In this document: positions 41,787 to 64,000 of the stretch, one piece after another | Numbering within the stretch: position 1 is the stretch's first letter | How the letters are laid out: every line of letters starts with the position of its first letter | NCBI RefSeq assembly: GCF_009914755.1 | Contig: NC_060927.1 | From: the human T2T-CHM13v2.0 reference genome, Homo sapiens | DNA: 64,000 bases | Reading direction: 5' to 3' (one strand) | The notes under the pieces: generated by a model | The model's database searches: none | What the model saw: only the letters and a program-made list of their open reading frames with translations | What the model was told of the DNA's origin: nothing | Program-made: the position numbers and the translations under genes

Positions 41787-42703
41787 CTTTAGGCCTTATG
41801 TCTGTTTTTAGTTTTATATAGTAGAATTCCTTAAAACAATCTTCAACTAATTCTTAGGGTCTTCTTAAATTCAAAAGACAAACCGTATGAGCCCTCCTCC
41901 CTGTAACTTATTCCAAATCTTAATCCATGTTTTCTGTTTAGTTATGCAAAATAAATCGAAAGAATTCTGTTCTCCATCTCTAGCCTCCAAAACCTGAACC
42001 AAAACAAAAGTTGTCAAAACAGATTTTTCAGTAAGAATACACTACACATCAAGTGGCTAATGTAAATTACAAAACAGGATGTTAATGGCAGACTGTAATA
42101 TCTCTATTGTACAGATAAAAATAATCAGGGTCAGAGAGATTAAATATTCTGCCCAAGGTCACACAGCTAAAAGCAGTGGAACAGCTATAAGAACCCATTT
42201 CTTCTGGTATTAACTGGTATTTACACTCTTTTTTTTTTTTTTTTTTTAATAAATAAGTGGATTCTGGCTATGTTGCCCAGGCCTGTCTGGAACTCCTGGG
42301 CCCAAGCAATCCTTCCACCTCAGCCTCCAAAGTGTTGGGATTACAGGTGTGAGCCAGTGCACCCAGCCATTAACACTCTTAACCACTACACTATACTACC
42401 TTCTTACATTTATTTATTTATTTATTTGAGACAGGGTCTCACTTTGTCACCCAAGCTGAAGTACAGTGGCATCATCTCGGCTTACTCAACCTCCTGGGAT
42501 CAAGTGATCCTCCCACCTCAGCCCCCAAAGTAGCTGGGACTACAGGTACACCACCACATTGGCTAAGTAGTGTTATTTTTTGTAGAGACAGGGTTTTGCT
42601 ATGTTGCCAAGGCTGGTCTCAAACTCCTGAGCTCAACCAATCTGTCTGCCTTGGCCTCCCAAAGTACTGGGATTATGGGCCTGAGCCACTGTTCCCGGCC
42701 AAA

Positions 42704-42880
42704 TTCTTTTCTTTTCTCTTTTCTTTTTCTTTCTTTCCTTTCTTTTCTTTCTTTCTCTTTCTTTTCTTTCCTTCATCCTTCCCTCCCCTTCCTTTCCTTT
42801 CCCTTTTCCCCTCCCTTCCCCCTTCTGTTCCCTTTTCCCTTCCCTTTTCCCTCCTCTCCCTTCCCCTCCCCTCCCTTTTT
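42704..42880. repeat. CT-rich low-complexity polypyrimidine tract among Alu fragments
   Basis: ~175 nt almost entirely C/T. Confidence 0.9.
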
Positions 42881-43474
42881 CCTCCTGCCTCAGCCTCCCA
42901 AGTAGCTGGGACCACAGACATATTCCACCATGCCCAGCTATTTTATGTATTTTTGGTAGAGTTGGCGTTTTGTAGAGACCAGCATGTTGCCCAAGCTGGT
43001 ATCCAGCTGCTGAGCTCAGGCGATCTACTCGCCTTGGCCTCCCAAAGTGTTGGTAGTAGAGGTGTGAGCCACCGTGCCCAGACCCCAAATTTATTTTTAT
43101 TTTATTTTATTTTTCTAGGTCAGGCATGGTGGCTCACACCTGTAATCCCAGCATGTTGGGAGGCCAAGATGGGAGACTCACTTGAGCCCAGAAGTTCCAG
43201 ACCAGCCTTGGCAATATAGTGAGATGCCATTTCTATTTTAAAAAATATTTTAAAAATAAAATATTTTTCTATTCACCTTTCATCAATACAAACCCAGAAG
43301 AGAATCTTTCTTATTTTTAAAAATGAGGAAATTGAGCCCTACAAGAAAAATTGCTATAGTTTATTGATCACTTGCTAAGCCATGTACTTCATTTAATCAT
43401 CGCTTTTGAACACAGTGTTGTATAAAGTTGCCCAGGCTCAAAAGCATGTACTCATAACATACTACACTAGGTAG

Positions 43475-43717
<243 letters not shown>

Positions 43718-43869
43718 TAGGTGGTCCACCCACCTCGGCCTCCCAAAATGCTGGGATTACAGGTGTGAGCCACCGCGCCCAGCCTCTGACTATTTTTCTT
43801 AGTGAGATCTTTTTAGTCACAAATATGTATATGGAATTTACATTCCAGTCCCTTGGGTTTAATAATGTA

Positions 43870-44038
43870 CAGACAGCAGACCCCCTGTATCTTCAGGTTT
43901 CAAACCCACAGATTCAGCCAATAGCAGATGTGGAACCTGCAGATGCAGAATGGCAACTGTAAGGGCCTTGAGCATCTGCAGATTTTGGTATCACGGGGAT
44001 CCTGGAACCAATCTCCCCAAATACCCAGGTACAACTAT
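43870..44038. mobile_element. MER2-like Tigger fragment
   Basis: GGGCCTTGAGCATCTGCAGATTTTGGTATC...CCTGGAACCAATC motif. Confidence 0.65.
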
Positions 44039-44104
44039 AATTATTTTTGCTGATTGTTATGTCTCATTAGAATGCAAGCTTATTAAGGAAACCATATCTC
44101 TTCC

Positions 44105-47300
<3,196 letters not shown>

Positions 47301-49660
47301 TTAAAACAAAATAACTAACTAAATTGCTGGGACTCTCACTTCTAGCCAAGACCAAGTAACAAAAACCAGATTTACCCACTCACCTAAAATAAAAAGAAAC
47401 AAACTAGGCAGCAAATATGAAATAATGGTTTTTGAAGACACTGGATACCAGGCATCAAAGGACAATGATTCCTAAAAGAGAAGGCACAAATGCAGGGAGC
47501 TGGGAGATTGTCCCAGTTTATTGCCTTGGGAATGTGTCCAAGTTGCAGCACAGAAACGGAACAGAGTAAGCCTGGTGGAGTCTTTGAGCCGAGAGTCTAG
47601 GAAAACCAAACCTTAGGACAGAATTCCAGAGAGGAGAGAGCAGCACAGAAAGAGAGAGAGCTGCAGAAGTTTCCTTAGAATATTCAGCAGAGTAATTATT
47701 AGCACATGAATCTGAGCAAACTACCCAAAACCAAGGGGAAAATCAACAGATAAGGTTAGAGGAAACATTGTCCAGGGTTGGTTGGGAACAATGCCTGGTT
47801 CTATCAATCAGCCAGATTGAAAAAAACTCATAACCTGTGGGACAGTGGGTAGAGTACTCAAAAAGGTCTTGCCTCACTGATGAAGAATAATTAATTCTAA
47901 ATTGAGTACTACTCTGGACCTACCTAAAAAATTATAAAAAACCTGAAAAGATCAAATTATTTCCCAGTCATTTAACTACATCCTAGAACAAACCGCACAA
48001 GGATTTAAAGTAAAACGAAAATACACAATATCAAACAAGGTAAAATTCTGGCATCTAATACAAAATTATTGGGCATGCAAAGAGGAAGGAATACATGACC
48101 ATCATGAGAGTAATTGATCAATTGAAACCAACACAGAACTGACAGAGATGTTATTTTAAATAAGTAAAGACATGTAAGATATTTTTAAAAGACTTGAGCA
48201 TCTAGAAATAAAAACAATGTCTGAGATGAAAAGTACACTAGATGGAATTAACAGTAGATTAAACTACACAGAAGAAAAGATTAATAAACTTAAACTCATA
48301 GAAATAGGAACTATTCAAAATGAAACAGAAAAGAGTCAAAAAGGAAAAATGAAGAGCATTAGTGAGCTGTGAAATAGCCTCAAGTAGCCTAATACATGGG
48401 TAACTGAAGTCCCTAAAAGAAGGGAAGAGGGACAGAAAAAAATATGTTAAGAAATAATGACCAATGACCCACATTTTCCCAAATTTGGTTAAACCACACG
48501 TATAGATGCTTTACTAAGTCCAAGCACAAGAAACATGGAGAAAATTATATCAAAGTGTATTGCTATCAAATAAGTTGAAACCAGTGATAAAGAGGAAATC
48601 TTAAAAGCAGTCAGAGAAAAAGAGACTTAGGAACCATATAGGAACAAAGATAAGGGTGACATCGTATTTCTCACTGGAAACATTGCAGACAAGAAGTGGA
48701 GTAACATCTTAAAATAGGGAAAGTAAAAAAGGTCAGCCTAGAAATCTATGTCCAGCAAAAATATCTTATAAAAAGAAGGAAAAATAAAGATGCTTTCAGA
48801 CATGCAAAAGTTGAAAGAATTCCTTGACAGTAAACCTATACTACCAGAAATGTTAAAGGCAGTTTTTCAGGCAAAAGAAAAATGACACCATATGGATCTA
48901 TCCAACGAAATAGCATGGGAAAAGATTAAGTATAATAGTGTATATGTAAACTTTTTAATTTAAAACTTTTTTTAAAAACAGATAACTGTTTAAACAAAAA
49001 TAACATACTGTGAGATTTATAACATAAAAGCAAAATTTATGAACTATAATATAAAGACTGGAAGAAAAAAATGGAAACATTATTGTAAGGTTCCTATTCT
49101 ATACACAAAGTGGTATAATATCACTGAAGGTAGACTAGTAAATTAAAGATGTATATAATAGCGGGGCAGTTCCAAGATGGCCGAATAGGAACAGCTCCAG
49201 TCTACAGCTCCCAGTGTGAGTGACACAGAAGACAGGTGAGTTCTGCATTTCCAACTGAGCTTTGAAGAGAGTAGTGGTTCTCCCAGCATGGAGTCTGAGA
49301 TCTGAGAACGGACAGACTGCCTACTCAAGTGGGTCCCTGACCCCCGAGTAGCCTAACTCGGAGGCATCCCCCAGTAGGGGCAGACTGACACCCCACACAG
49401 CCGGGTACCCCTCTGAGACGAAGCTTCCAGAGGAACAATCAGGCAGCAACATTTGCTGTTTAGCAATATTCATGGTTCTGCAGCCTCCGCTGCTGATACC
49501 TAGGCAAACAGGGTCTGGAGTGGACCTCCAGCAAACTCCAACAGACCTGCAGCTGAGGGTCCTGACTGTTAGAAGGAAAACTAACAAACAGGACATTTGC
49601 ACCAAAACCCCACCTGTACATCACCATCATCAAAGACCAAAGGTAGATAAAACCACAAAG

Positions 49661-50672
49661 ATGGGGAAAAACACAGCAGAAAAGCTGAAAATTCTAAAAA
49701 TCAGAGCGCGTCTCCCCCTCCGAAGGAACGCAGCTCCTCACCAGCAACAGAACAAAGCTGGATGGAGAATGACTTTGATGAGTTGGGAGAAGAAGGCTTC
49801 AGACGATCAAACTTCTCCAAGCTAAAGGAGGAAGTTCAAACCCACGCAAAGAAGTAAAAAACCTTGAAAAAAGATTAGATGAATGGCTAACTAGAATAAC
49901 CAGTGTAGAGAAGTCCTTAAGTGACCTGATGGAGCTGAAAACCACAGCACAAGAACTATGTGACGAATGCACAAGCTTCAGTAGCCGATTCGATCAACTG
50001 GAAGAAAGGGTATCAGTAATGGAAGATCACATGAATGAAATGAATCAAGAAGTTTAGAGAAAAGAGTAAAAATAAATGACAAAGCCTCGAAGAAATATGG
50101 GACTATGTGAAAAGACCAAATCTACGTCTGATTGGTGTACCTGAAAGTGATGGGGAGAATGGAATGGAGCCACGTTGGAAAACACTCTAAAGGATATTAT
50201 CCAGGAGAACTTCCCCAACCTAGCAAGGCAGGCCAACATTCAAATTCAGGAAATACACAGAACGCCACAAAGATACTCCTCAAGAAGAGCAACTCCAAGA
50301 CACATAATTGTCAGATTCACCAAAGTTGAAATGAAGGAAAAAATATTAAGGGCAGCCAGAGAGAAAGGTCGGGTTACTCACAAAGGGAAGCCCATCAGAC
50401 TAACAGCTGAGCTCTCGGCAGAAACTCTACAAGCCAGAAGAGAGTGGGGGCCAATATTCAACATTCTCAAAGAAAAGAATTTTCAACCCAGAATTTCATA
50501 TGCAGCCAAACTAAGCTTCATAAGCAAAGGAGAAATAAAATCCTTTACAGACAAGCAAATGCTGAGAGATTTTGTCACCACCAGGCCTGCCCTACAAGAG
50601 CTCCTGAAGGAAGCACTAAACATGGAAAGGAACAAGCAGTACCAGCCACTGCAAAAACATGCCAAATTGTAA
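49661..50672 (+). pseudogene. L1 ORF1, frameshifted
   Basis: ATGGGGAAAA start; only the C-terminal 165 aa are open (..IIQENFPNL..ARREWG..QKHAKL*). Confidence 0.9.
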
Positions 50673-50720
50673 AGACCATTGATGCTAGGAAGAAACTGCA
50701 TCAAGTAATGAGCAAAATAA

Positions 50721-54562
<3,842 letters not shown>

Positions 54563-55040
54563 ACAATGAGAACATTTGGACACAGGAAGGGGAACATCAC
54601 ACACCAGGGCCTGTTGTGGGGTGGGGGGAGGGGGGAGGGATAGCATTAGGAGATATACCTAATGTAAATGACAAGTTAATTGGTGCAGCACACCAACATG
54701 GCACATGTATACATATGTAACCAACCTGCACATTGTACACATGTACCCTAGAACTTAAAGTATAATAATAAAAAAAGATGTATATACCTTAAAGTAACCA
54801 CTAAAATAATAAAAGAACATATACTTAATAATCACTCAAAAGAGATAAAGTGAAACCATTAAAAATATTCCATTATGGTGGCTCATGCCTGTAATCCCAA
54901 CACTTTTGGAGGCCGAGGCGGGCGGATCACAAAGCCAGGAGATTGAGACCATCCTGACCAACATGGTGAAACCCCGTGTCTACTAAAAATACAAAAATTA
55001 GTTGGGTGTGGTGGTGCACGCCTGTAGTCCCAGTTACTCA

Positions 55041-55274
<234 letters not shown>

Positions 55275-55323
55275 TTAATGAAATGAAATAAACATACCAA
55301 TTAAAAAGGCAAACATTGAGTAA

Positions 55324-55904
<581 letters not shown>

Positions 55905-56057
55905 TGATCTGTCCACCTCAGCCTCCCAAAGTGCTGGGATTACAGGTGTGAGCCACCATGCCTGGACTAAAAAACTTAAAATATAAAGACATAGGCTGGG
56001 CACCTGTGGCTCACGCCTGTAATCCCAGCACTTTTGGAGGCCGAGGAGGGCGGATCA

Positions 56058-56368
<311 letters not shown>

Positions 56369-56857
56369 TCAAAAGAAAGCCAGGATAATTCTACTAATAT
56401 CAGATAAAGTAGATTTTAGAATAAAGAATACATGAATCCACAATTATTATAGTCAAGAGATTTCAATAGCCCTCTCTTATATATACAACAAACAGGCAGA
56501 AAATCTGACATGAACAATACTATCAGCCAACTTGACCTAACTGACATTTATAAAACACTCCACCCAACAACAGCAAAATACACATTTTTGTTCTCAAGTG
56601 TGTACCCAGAACATTTACCAAGATAAACTATATTCTGGGCCATAAAACAAATCTTAAATCGGAAAGGATTCAAGTCATACAAAGTATGTTCACAGACCAC
56701 ACTGAAATTAAATTAGAAGTCAATAACAAAAAGATATTTGGAAAATCTGCTGCTTTAGTTTGTGTTTTTAGAAAAAAAATTTTGAAGGGGATATCTCCAA
56801 GTATTTGGAAAGTAACACTCTTCTAAATAACTCCTGGATCAAGAAGTCATTATATAA

Positions 56858-57506
<649 letters not shown>

Positions 57507-58699
57507 TCAAACTCCTGAGCTCAGACAGCTCGCCCCCCTCGGCCTCCCAAAGTGCTAGGAAAAAGAACTGGAAGCCCTTATCTTAAATGAAATAACTCAA
57601 ACAGAAAGTTAATACTAATGAGCTCACTTATAAGTAGGAGCTGAACAATATGTACACATGGAAAAAGAAATTATAAGGTATTTTGAATTGAATGAAAATA
57701 AATATAGAATATACTATAATTTGTGCGATGACACTAAACCAGTACTTAGGGGGAAGTTTATAGCACTAAAAGCTTATATTAGAAAAGAAGATGGTCTCAT
57801 GTCAACAACTTCAACTTCTACCTTGAGTAACTAAAAAAAGAGAGAGAAAATTAAAACCAAAGTAAACAAAAGAAAGACTAAAGCAGAAGTCTGTGAAATT
57901 GAAAGAAAAATATAGGCCAGGCGTGAGCCAGCACCTTGGGAGGCCGAGGCGGGTGGATCATTTGAGGTCAGGAGTTTGAGACCAGCCTGGCCAACATGGT
58001 GAAACCTCGTCTCTACTAAAAACTTAAAGGTTAGCTGGGCATGGTGGTGTGCTCCTGTAATCCTGGCAACCCAGGAGGCTGAGGCAGGAGAATTGCTTGA
58101 ACCCAGGAGACGGAGGTTGCAGTGACCCAAGATCATGCTACTGTACCCCAGTCTGGATGCCAGAGCGAGACTCTATCTCAAGAAAAAAAAAATACAGAAA
58201 ATCAATAAATACAATAAATATAACCAAAACGTGGTTATTTGAGATCAGTAAAATGGATAAGCCTCTAATATCAGGAATGAGAGGTTACATCACTACAGGG
58301 TCTCCAGATATTAAAAGGATAATGAGGGAATAATTTCATGTCCATAAATTTGACAACTTAGATGAAATGGACAAATTTCTTGAAAGACAAACTGCCAAAG
58401 CTCACTTTAAATAAACAGGCCAGGCGTGCTGCTCATGCCTGTAATCCTAGCACTTTGAGAAGCCAAGGCAAGAGGATCACTTGAGCCCAGTAGTTGGAGA
58501 GCAGCCTGGGCAACATGGCAAAACCTCATCTCTACAAAAAATGCAAAAAATTAGCCAGGTATGGTGGTGTACAGCTGTACTCCCAGCTACTCAGGAGGCT
58601 GATGTGGCAGAATCACTTGAGCCCAGCAGAGAGAGGCTGCAGTGAGACATGATTGCACCACTGTAGTAGCCTGGGCTACAAAGTGACACCTTGTCTCAA

Positions 58700-58905
58700 A
58701 GAAAAAAGAAGAAGGAAGAAGAAGAAAAGGAGGAGGAGGAGGAGGAGGCAGGGGGGAGGAGGAGAAGGAGAAGAAGAAGAGGCGGAAGAGGCGGAGGGAG
58801 GAGCAGGAGGAAGAGAAGGAAGATGAAGAGTAGGAGGAGGAGAAAGAAGGAAGAAGAAAGAAGGAGGAAGAGGAGGAGGAAGAGGAAGAGGAGAAGGAGA
58901 AGAAA
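58700..58905. repeat. GA-rich polypurine tract expanded from an Alu tail
   Basis: Mixed GAA/GAG/AGG repeats directly after Alu TGTCTC. Confidence 0.9.
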
Positions 58906-59020
58906 CAGACTACCTTAATAGCCTTGTATCTATTTTAAAAGTTAAAAATGTAGTTAAACACCATCCCATAGAAAATTCTACGTCCAAATAGCTTAACTGC
59001 TAAATTCTACCAGACTTTTA

Positions 59021-59254
<234 letters not shown>

Positions 59255-59789
59255 CTAGGCATGGTGGTGCATGCCTGTAGTCCCAGCTACTCAAGAGGCT
59301 AAGGCAGGAGAATTGCTTGAACCCGGGAAGCGGAGGTTGCAGTGAGTCAAGATCACATCACTGCACTCCAGCCTGGGTGACAGAGCGAGACTCCATCTCA
59401 AAACAAAACAAAACAAGAAAATGACAAACCAGTATGTCTCATGAACATAGATGTAAAAATTCAAAAAAAATTTAGCAAAGATCATAAAAAATATTCTAGG
59501 CCAGGCACAGTGACTCATGTCTGCGATCCTTGCTCTTTGGGAGGCTGAAGCGGGAGGATCATTTGAGCTCAGGAGTTCGAGACCAGCCTGGGCAACACAG
59601 TGAGACCTCATCTCTACCAAAAATTTAAAAATTAGCCAGGTGTAGTGACACAAGCCTGTAGTCCCAGTTACTTACAGGCTGAGGCTAGAGGATTGCTTAA
59701 GCCCGGGAGGTCAAGGATGCAGTGAGCTATGATCAAGCCACTGCACTCCAGCCTGGGTGACAAAGCAAGATCCTGTCTAATAAAAAGTA

Positions 59790-60660
<871 letters not shown>

Positions 60661-60818
60661 AGAAATTCTATTGATTTGATAAATGAGGTTAATAACAGGT
60701 TTAACATAAATCAATCATATTTACAAATTTAAAAGGCTATACAGTCATCTCAATAGATGCAGATACAAATGCATTTGTTTTATGGTAGATCTTTTTTGTT
60801 TGTTTGTTTGTTTTTTGA

Positions 60819-61346
<528 letters not shown>

Positions 61347-61535
61347 TAACGAATTAAATAATTTGATAAATACATTTAACAAATTAAATACATTTGTCAA
61401 ATACTTTATATGTAGCCCATTATTGATAAAAACTCTCAGGCAGGCCGGGTGCAGTGGCTCACGCCTGTAATCCCAGCACTTTGAGAGGCCAAGGTGGGCG
61501 GATCATGAGGTCAAGAGATTGAGACCATCTGGCTA

Positions 61536-61817
<282 letters not shown>

Positions 61818-61821
61818 CTAC

Positions 61822-61949
61822 ATGTTGTATGAAAGGAGAGAAGGTTAGCACTTCCCTTGGCAAGGTTGGAAGAGGCCCTCAGGCCTGACAACATGCATAT
61901 GGTTAAGGCATTGCCACCTACTTCGTGGCATCTAACCATCGTTACTTTT
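61822..61949 (+). pseudogene. U6atac minor-spliceosome snRNA retropseudogene (full length)
   Basis: ATGTTGTATGAAAGGAGAGAAGGTTAGCAC...GCCACCTACTTCGTGGCATCTAACCATCGTT matches U6atac with scattered substitutions; upstream flank is L1M rather than an snRNA promoter. Confidence 0.93.
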
Positions 61950-62280
<331 letters not shown>

Positions 62281-62316
62281 CTACAGCTAGTATCATAATT
62301 AGTGATGAAAAATTGA

Positions 62317-62616
<300 letters not shown>

Positions 62617-64000
62617 TTAATGCTTTTAAGATCAGAAACAAAGAGCCGGACAAAGTGGTACATGTCTGTAATCCCAACTACTCAGGAGGCTGAGGCAGGA
62701 GGATCATTTGAGCCCAGGAGTTTGAGAGCACCCTCAGCAACATGGCAGAATCCCCTCTCCAAAAAAAAAAAGGTTTTAAAAAAGAAAATTTTTTAAAAAA
62801 TGAGTATGTCTGCTCTTACCAATGCTATTCAACATTGCATTGGGGATTCTAGCCAGCGCAATCAAAGAAAAATAAATAAAGGTCATCCAGATTGGAAAGA
62901 AGAAGTAAAACAGTCTTTATTCACAGATGGCATAGTCTTCTATGTAAAAAATCTGATGGAGTCTTCAAAAAAGGCTACTAGAATAAATGAGTATAGCAAG
63001 ATTGTAGGATACAAGATCAATATATAAAAACTATATGGACCGTACTACTATTTTGAACTAAATTTTTGAAAAATTGTAAATTTAAATTTTAAAAAAATAT
63101 CATTTGCAACATCAAAAATATGATACGCTTAGAGATAAATCTGACAGAAGATATGAAAGACATGTTGATAATTACAAAACATTGCTGAGAGAAAGAAAAC
63201 ATACATAAATGGAAAACAAACATACATATACTTTGTTCATGGTTCAGAAGACTTGAAATTATTCAGTTCTCCCTCAAATTTATCTATAAATTCAATGCAA
63301 TCCCACTCAAAATCCCAGCAGGAATTTGTGTAGAAATTCGTAAGCTGATTTTAGAATTTGTATGGAAATGTAAAGTAATTAAGTAAGCAAAACAGCCTTT
63401 AAAAAGGACACAAACTGGAGGGCTAACACCACTCAGTTTCAACAATAAAGCTACAGTAATCAAGCAATGTGGTACTGGCATAAAGATAGACATATACACC
63501 ATTGGCACAGAATAGGAAGTGTAAAAATAAACCCACATATATATATGGACAACTGAATTCTGACAAAGGTACAACAAAGCCAATGCAACTGATTTTTGGA
63601 AATAATAATAATAACCTTTCAACAAATGGTGCTGGGACAATTGGATATTCATATGCAAAAAACAAAAAATCCTTAAATCCATACTTCACATACACATTAA
63701 AACTAATTCCAAATAGTTATAAACCTAAATGCAAAACCTAGAACTGTAAAACTGCTAGAAGAGGCTGAGCGCGTTGGCTAACGCCTGTAATCCCAGCACT
63801 TTGAGAGGCTGAGGCAGATGGATCACTTGAGGTCAGGAGTTGGAGACCAGCCTGGCCAATATGGTGAAACCCCATCTCTTCTAAAAATACAAAAATTAGC
63901 CAGGCGTGGTGGTGCACGCCTGTAATCCCAGCTACTGGGGAGGTTGAGGCAGGAGAATTGCTTGAACCCGGTTGCAGTGAGCTGAGATTGCACCATTGCA

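Noticed and set aside
42596-43219. 207-aa and 151-aa ORFs
   Set aside because: Alu fragments plus a CT/GA low-complexity tract
58691-58918. Protamine-like E/R/K-rich ORF
   Set aside because: Translation of a GA-rich Alu-tail expansion, non-ATG start
61822-61949. Functional U6atac gene
   Set aside because: Multiple substitutions, TSD, Alu fusion and an L1M upstream flank mark it as a retrocopy

Overview
Human (primate) genomic DNA, recognisably the PDE12-ARF4 locus (3p14.3 from memory). The window holds the last three coding segments and long Alu-rich 3' UTR region of PDE12 (+, 1-~9200). It also holds the complete six-exon ARF4 gene (-, CDS 39516->14582, 543 nt, 180 aa, all introns GT-AG) and its CpG-island promoter, which carries CREB3/Golgi-stress motifs and probably drives a divergent lncRNA (ARF4-AS1). 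Downstream are a solo ERV1 LTR (MER4A1-like) and ~17 kb of an ancient L1M broken up by younger insertions. Nearly all other ORFs in the track are Alu, L1 or low-complexity artefacts. I found no new protein-coding system; the notable signals concern retrotransposon and DNA-repair history. (1) A TSD-flanked L1PA4/5-type element whose 5' UTR carries the exact 97/622 splice junction (a spliced retrocopy, SpIRE). (2) A U6atac snRNA-Alu chimeric retrocopy with one shared TSD. (3) An Alu-spacer-Alu cassette in ARF4 intron 1 whose 57-nt spacer is an exact copy of sequence 30 kb downstream, next to that chimera. (4) A recent 249-bp tandem duplication, and several fold-back or templated-insertion scars. 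Repeat subfamily names and consensus comparisons are from memory and need RepeatMasker/Dfam confirmation.
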